From assembly GCA_038496445.1 (NCBI GenBank), contig JALMLS010000487.1, forward strand, positions 212,407 through 276,406: a stretch of 64,000 nucleotides of DNA. The letters are read 5' to 3'. Both the position numbers and the translations under genes were made by a program. This DNA comes from Trichosphaerium sp. ATCC 40318. Its lineage: Eukaryota; Protista; Tubulinea. The notes under the pieces were generated by a model that worked only from the letters and a program-made list of their open reading frames with translations, was not told the origin of the DNA and made no database searches. Shown piece after piece: positions 59,821 to 64,000 of this stretch; positions within the stretch are counted from its first letter, which is position 1, and every line of letters begins with the position of its first letter.

Positions 59821-61315
59821 ATGGCAGGTACGCGTAGTTTTAGTGTTGCTTGTTTCATAATGAGCGTCGTAACCTGGTTAAACAAATTCTCAATTGTTTT
59901 GCAGAAGCAAAATTTAAGGAGTACACTCAAAGAACCTACGCAGAGCAAGGACAAGTTTTGTACGTAACCCAAAAATATTTTTTACCCGCAAGCTAAGAAG
60001 TCTCTAATGTACCTGCTTTAGCCTCAACGCGTACTGGGATGATTTGTCAGGTATCTTCAACTCGTTTTAGCATTACTCTAACCGCCCAAAGACAACAAAG
60101 AGAAGATTTGGGAGTGGGCGCTTAAGTTCGCATCTCTAGATGAAGAAAACGCCGCCGAAGGAAGTGATTTGGTATGAATTCTTTGCTTATATAAACTCCT
60201 CTAACGCAGACCTAGGATGAATTCAACGCTCACAGGCATGTTTATATCGTGAATTCTTTAATTTACAGAAACTTTCGTTTGTTTTCTACTCTGACGCTCA
60301 AATTAGGTTCCTCGAGCACATTGGTGACACTAAGACTGTCAAAGGTAACGCAAAACAGCTCACACTTTACTTTTTGAATCTTTTGTTATGTTTACCCTTA
60401 TTTGTGTAGCTATGCGTGCTGAAATTAGTGCCATGGACAGAGATTTCAATAAAAGACTTGCTCTTCTAGAGTTCCTCTTGTGGCACTTCAGCAAAAAAAT
60501 TGAGGTAACCAAAAAATCGCTTACACACAAACCATCTACTTGTTCTTGATTTCTAACTACGTGTTTTTAGGATTTCCTCAAACGCCCTCAGGTTCGGCCT
60601 TTCTCCTCCTTGGCTTATTTTAAACGTGTGCCCTCTTCGTTAACACTTCTAAACAGGGTTCTAATGCTGAAGAAATCGCTAGATGTTCAGCTATGCTGAA
60701 AGAAGTCCAAGTACTCTTCAAGGATGCTTCTGCTAAGGCTGAAGCCGCTGCTGCTGCTGAGGCAGAACTACAAGCAGCTTTGGATGACTTGAAGAAGCAA
60801 GAGGATGATTACAATAACAAAACAGAAGAACTCACCAAGAAGAGTGAAGAAGGAGGCGTGGTTGCCAAAATGCGCGCAAAGAACGAATTAGCCCAAGTAC
60901 GTATTTACGCGCGTAGGAAATCTTGATTCAAAGCGTTAACACTTGTGTTGTAGCATTTGGGAGAGGATCCATTACCTCTACGTCGTGCTAAGCTTACTTG
61001 TGAAGCTGCTACTAAGAAAGCGGCCAAATCAAGACAAGCAGCTGATGCTGCTGTAGATGCAGCACAAAAGGCTGTAAAGGAAGCTGAAGAAGCCCTTGCC
61101 CAAGCTAAGCTTGGTGCTGGAGGTACTGGTGAAGGAGCTATCTGGTGGGTAGAACGCGAGTTAGAAGGTACGTTTTGATGCAGAAGCCGCCACTAGTTCT
61201 TTTGTTTGTTTGTAGAGTACTGTTTGAGTGCTGTTTTTGCTCATTTTATCTTTTAGAGGCCAAGAAGTACATGCCAACAAAGAGAGGAGGTGTTATTGCG
61301 AAAAAATTTAGCTAA
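59821..61315 (+). CDS. ABP34/AbpB-like actin-bundling protein, copy 3
   Basis: Direct copy of 45929-47423. The differences I noticed are intronic or synonymous. Confidence 0.85.
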
Positions 61316-61897
61316 ATTGGACTTACAGTCCTCTTTTTGGATCTATGTTCTGTATGGGCTGAAATGTTCTTACTGAGTAAAGCCTAGCTTATTTACCTTG
61401 TGCATCATCTTTTTTGTCGTTGTTTATTACTTGCTTTTTATTTTCCTTGTTGGTTGTTTAGTTAGGAGCATTGTTGTAGACGAAAATAAAAGGACTTGTT
61501 AATCTAAGCTAACTTAGCCCAAGGTTCAAAAGATGTTTATTATTTTGCATAAATTTCTCTCAGCGAGGTGTGGCGTTTCAGATCCAGCACGTGCAACTTA
61601 GTGTATTATTCCATAGAATTAAGAGTGTTTTAGCCAAAGTTAACTAATAGAACTGTAAGGATAGAAAGATTTCTGTCCTATATTCAAGGATGATCAGATT
61701 TTTAGTTACAACTAGTAAATGTATTTTGAATCATATTTTATTAGTTTCCTTGAGCCACATGTTCTTTTTGAAAAATTCAAGTATGTACATTATAATCACG
61801 TGATGTTTGAAAAAAAGAGGTTATTTGATGTTGGTTTTTTTGGTTGTCTCCTGCCTTATGGTTTTTGCCAAAGGGAGGCTGCGTGTTGTGTTGTTGT

Positions 61898-63912
61898 TTA
61901 TGCATCTTTATCTTTTGGTGCGTCATTATCAATTACCTCTTCTTTTGAACTCTCTTCTATGATTTGTCTACGTTCTGGTGCTTGAGACTCATTTCTAGGA
62001 GCAGGTTCTGGGATAGAATCCATTTCTTCTTTTTGAGTTGCAACTGCTTGTCTACTACGAGCTGCTTTGACTGGAGTCACACGTCTTAAAATAAGAATCA
62101 GTACACGTGATAGCAAACTAAACAAAAAGGAAGACAATTAAGAATTAAATCAAGAGTTAATTGTAAGACCGATCAATTATTGTCATCATTAATGAATGTT
62201 GCTTCCTTGAATGTTTTTTCATGCGTTTAAACGTTCTTAAGTAAAGGTGATGAAATCTGAGCCAAATGTATTTTATACGTCCAAAAGTTTTTAATGTTTC
62301 AAAAAATGATAAACAATATCAACCGAATTAATAAAGCAACTCATCATTAACTTACCTAAAATACGGTTCTTGCTTTTCCTTGTCATCTCCATCAATCAAC
62401 CAATCCAATAAAGTATCAAAATAACCAGCTTTACGTGGTTGAACATTTACAGGAGCTTGTACTTGTCTTGCTGCTCCTACAATTAACTTTCAGTAAAAAA
62501 TACATCTAAGTGTTTTGAATATTTAAATGGAATAGTACTTTGTTTCATGTGAGCAGGTACAGGCATAGAAGGAGTGGAGAACGAATAACATTTTGTCGTG
62601 GTTGATTCTGTTTTTTTTGAGATAAAAACGTTAATGGCTGAAGAGTACAAGTAGTTTCTAATACCTGCGGTGGTGTTCTGTAAGGAGAGTTTGCTGGAGG
62701 TTGAGATTGTTGAATCCTAGAATGTTCAGGAGATCTGAATCCAGTCTGTGCAGGTTCTCTTTGTGAGTTATGTGCGGCAATACCACCAGTTGGCATTGAT
62801 GCGGTCGGTCTTCGATAGTTTGCTGGTGGTGCGCTTTTTGGTGTTGGCGCTTGGCGGGGCTATTGGGATGGTTAGAAGATACTAAAAATACTCAAAGTTG
62901 TGATGAAGTAATACCTGTCCCGTAGGTGTCATAGCAGCTGTTGCACCTGGTCTACGTCTCAAACCTAAAGAGTTGTTAAAATGGCGGTGATGGTGAACTT
63001 AATTGATTTTGTAAAAAAAAGCTAAGTAATGTGGGTTTTCTTTTTCAGGAATTTGAGGTTCATGTATGACTCTGATGTCATTGTGAAGTGATACTTTTGA
63101 GTCAAGGTGTTCTAAAAATGTACCTGGGTTTTGCTTTCTTGGATCACCTGGTGTAAGGTTCTTCAGAGTGCTTTCATATGTTTCAACTAGTTTTCTTGTT
63201 TCATAGTAGTTTGTAAATTCTTTGAGCTCTTCTAACTTAACAGAAGTTAGCTCATGCATCATTTTACCTGGTACCTTTTCGACTTGTTGCTTATGAATTT
63301 TGTCTCTGTAAGCCACTGCATAAATAGTTAAAAAGTAAGCACACGTGAGCGAAATTTCTGACTTTTGGCGTCAATTTAAAAAAACTGTTTTGTTTTGAAG
63401 AATAAGAAAAAGATCGCACGTGATAATCGCCTACATCTCCCGTAATACCAATTTACAATCCTATTCAATAACATACTACTATATGCAATAGTCAGGATGG
63501 TATTTAAACGTAAATGTAGGTTTTTTTTTCGTTAATTTACGTTTCTTGATTCTGTACGCTTTTATCGCACTAATTCAGCGCAAGGCGTATAATGACAAGT
63601 TGTAAAAACGTACCCAAACGGTATAGCTACTATCGGCACAAGATAAACTAAACGCTCCCATGGTTCTGTAATAACAACTATAAAGTACCAGAACACGAGA
63701 TAAGAGAGCTCCAGTAAAGTGAATAAAATCAAAAGGCGCCATGTTAACGTTCTATGTGCTTGAGCGTATCCTTGTAACCTATCCTCGGCTTCTTGGAGCT
63801 GTTGGTCAAGTTTCTCGAGTTCCGCGCCTATTTTGCCCTATCGCTCGTTAATATATGTACTAACGTATTATAATACCCTTTTAGGCCGAAAATACGAGAA
63901 AATGGAGCCCAT
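61898..63912 (-). CDS. Lunapark-like protein, copy 3 (indels near 62570 and 62980-63060)
   Basis: Direct copy of 48003-50012 with apparent frameshifts or consensus errors. Confidence 0.65.
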
Positions 63913-64000
63913 GACTCAGTATTAGACACAGAACTGACTTTTCCACTCAAAATCGGTCTTTCAAGAAAAACAGTACGTGGCACAAAACCGAAACGCCAAA

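Larger units (their letters stand above)
57997..64000. repeat. Third copy, direct (tandem) repeat of 44939-~50100, runs off the window
   Basis: Sequence restarts at CTAATTAATACCTGTTTTCGG (=44939) and repeats the basic protein, ABP34-like and Lunapark-like genes, with SNPs/indels and a MITE insertion. Confidence 0.95.

Noticed and set aside
1-64000. Alternative genetic code
   Set aside because: Well-supported genes have no internal stops once spliced and terminate on TAA, TAG or TGA.

Overview
AT-rich, gene-dense eukaryotic DNA with many short (mostly ~40-100 nt) spliceosomal introns, so the ORF track fragments most genes. It is probably amoebozoan, judging by a 34-kDa actin-bundling protein (ABP34/AbpB-like) and a 5S rRNA resembling Acanthamoeba/Dictyostelium 5S. 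The unique part (1-26.3 kb) holds a DnaJ, an ankyrin protein, an M12B-type metalloprotease, an F-box/LRR protein, a secreted protein, a cytochrome P450, a decayed PHD-like gene, a PH/STE20 kinase, a LigB-like protein and most of a type-I membrane protein gene. From 26.3 to 58.0 kb there is a ~31.7 kb palindrome: two ~15 kb inverted arms around a ~0.95 kb spacer carrying the 3' half of an alpha-hydroxy-acid oxidase gene. After a 5-bp microhomology junction a third, tandem copy begins and carries a new TA-flanked MITE with an internal perfect 32-bp hairpin. Main highlights are a complete 5S rRNA gene inside a kinase intron, about 10-fold enrichment of CACGTG concentrated in introns just upstream of branch points, several GC-AG introns, and a hairpin-dense intergenic region. 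All gene models were spliced by hand and family calls come from motif recognition, not database searches.
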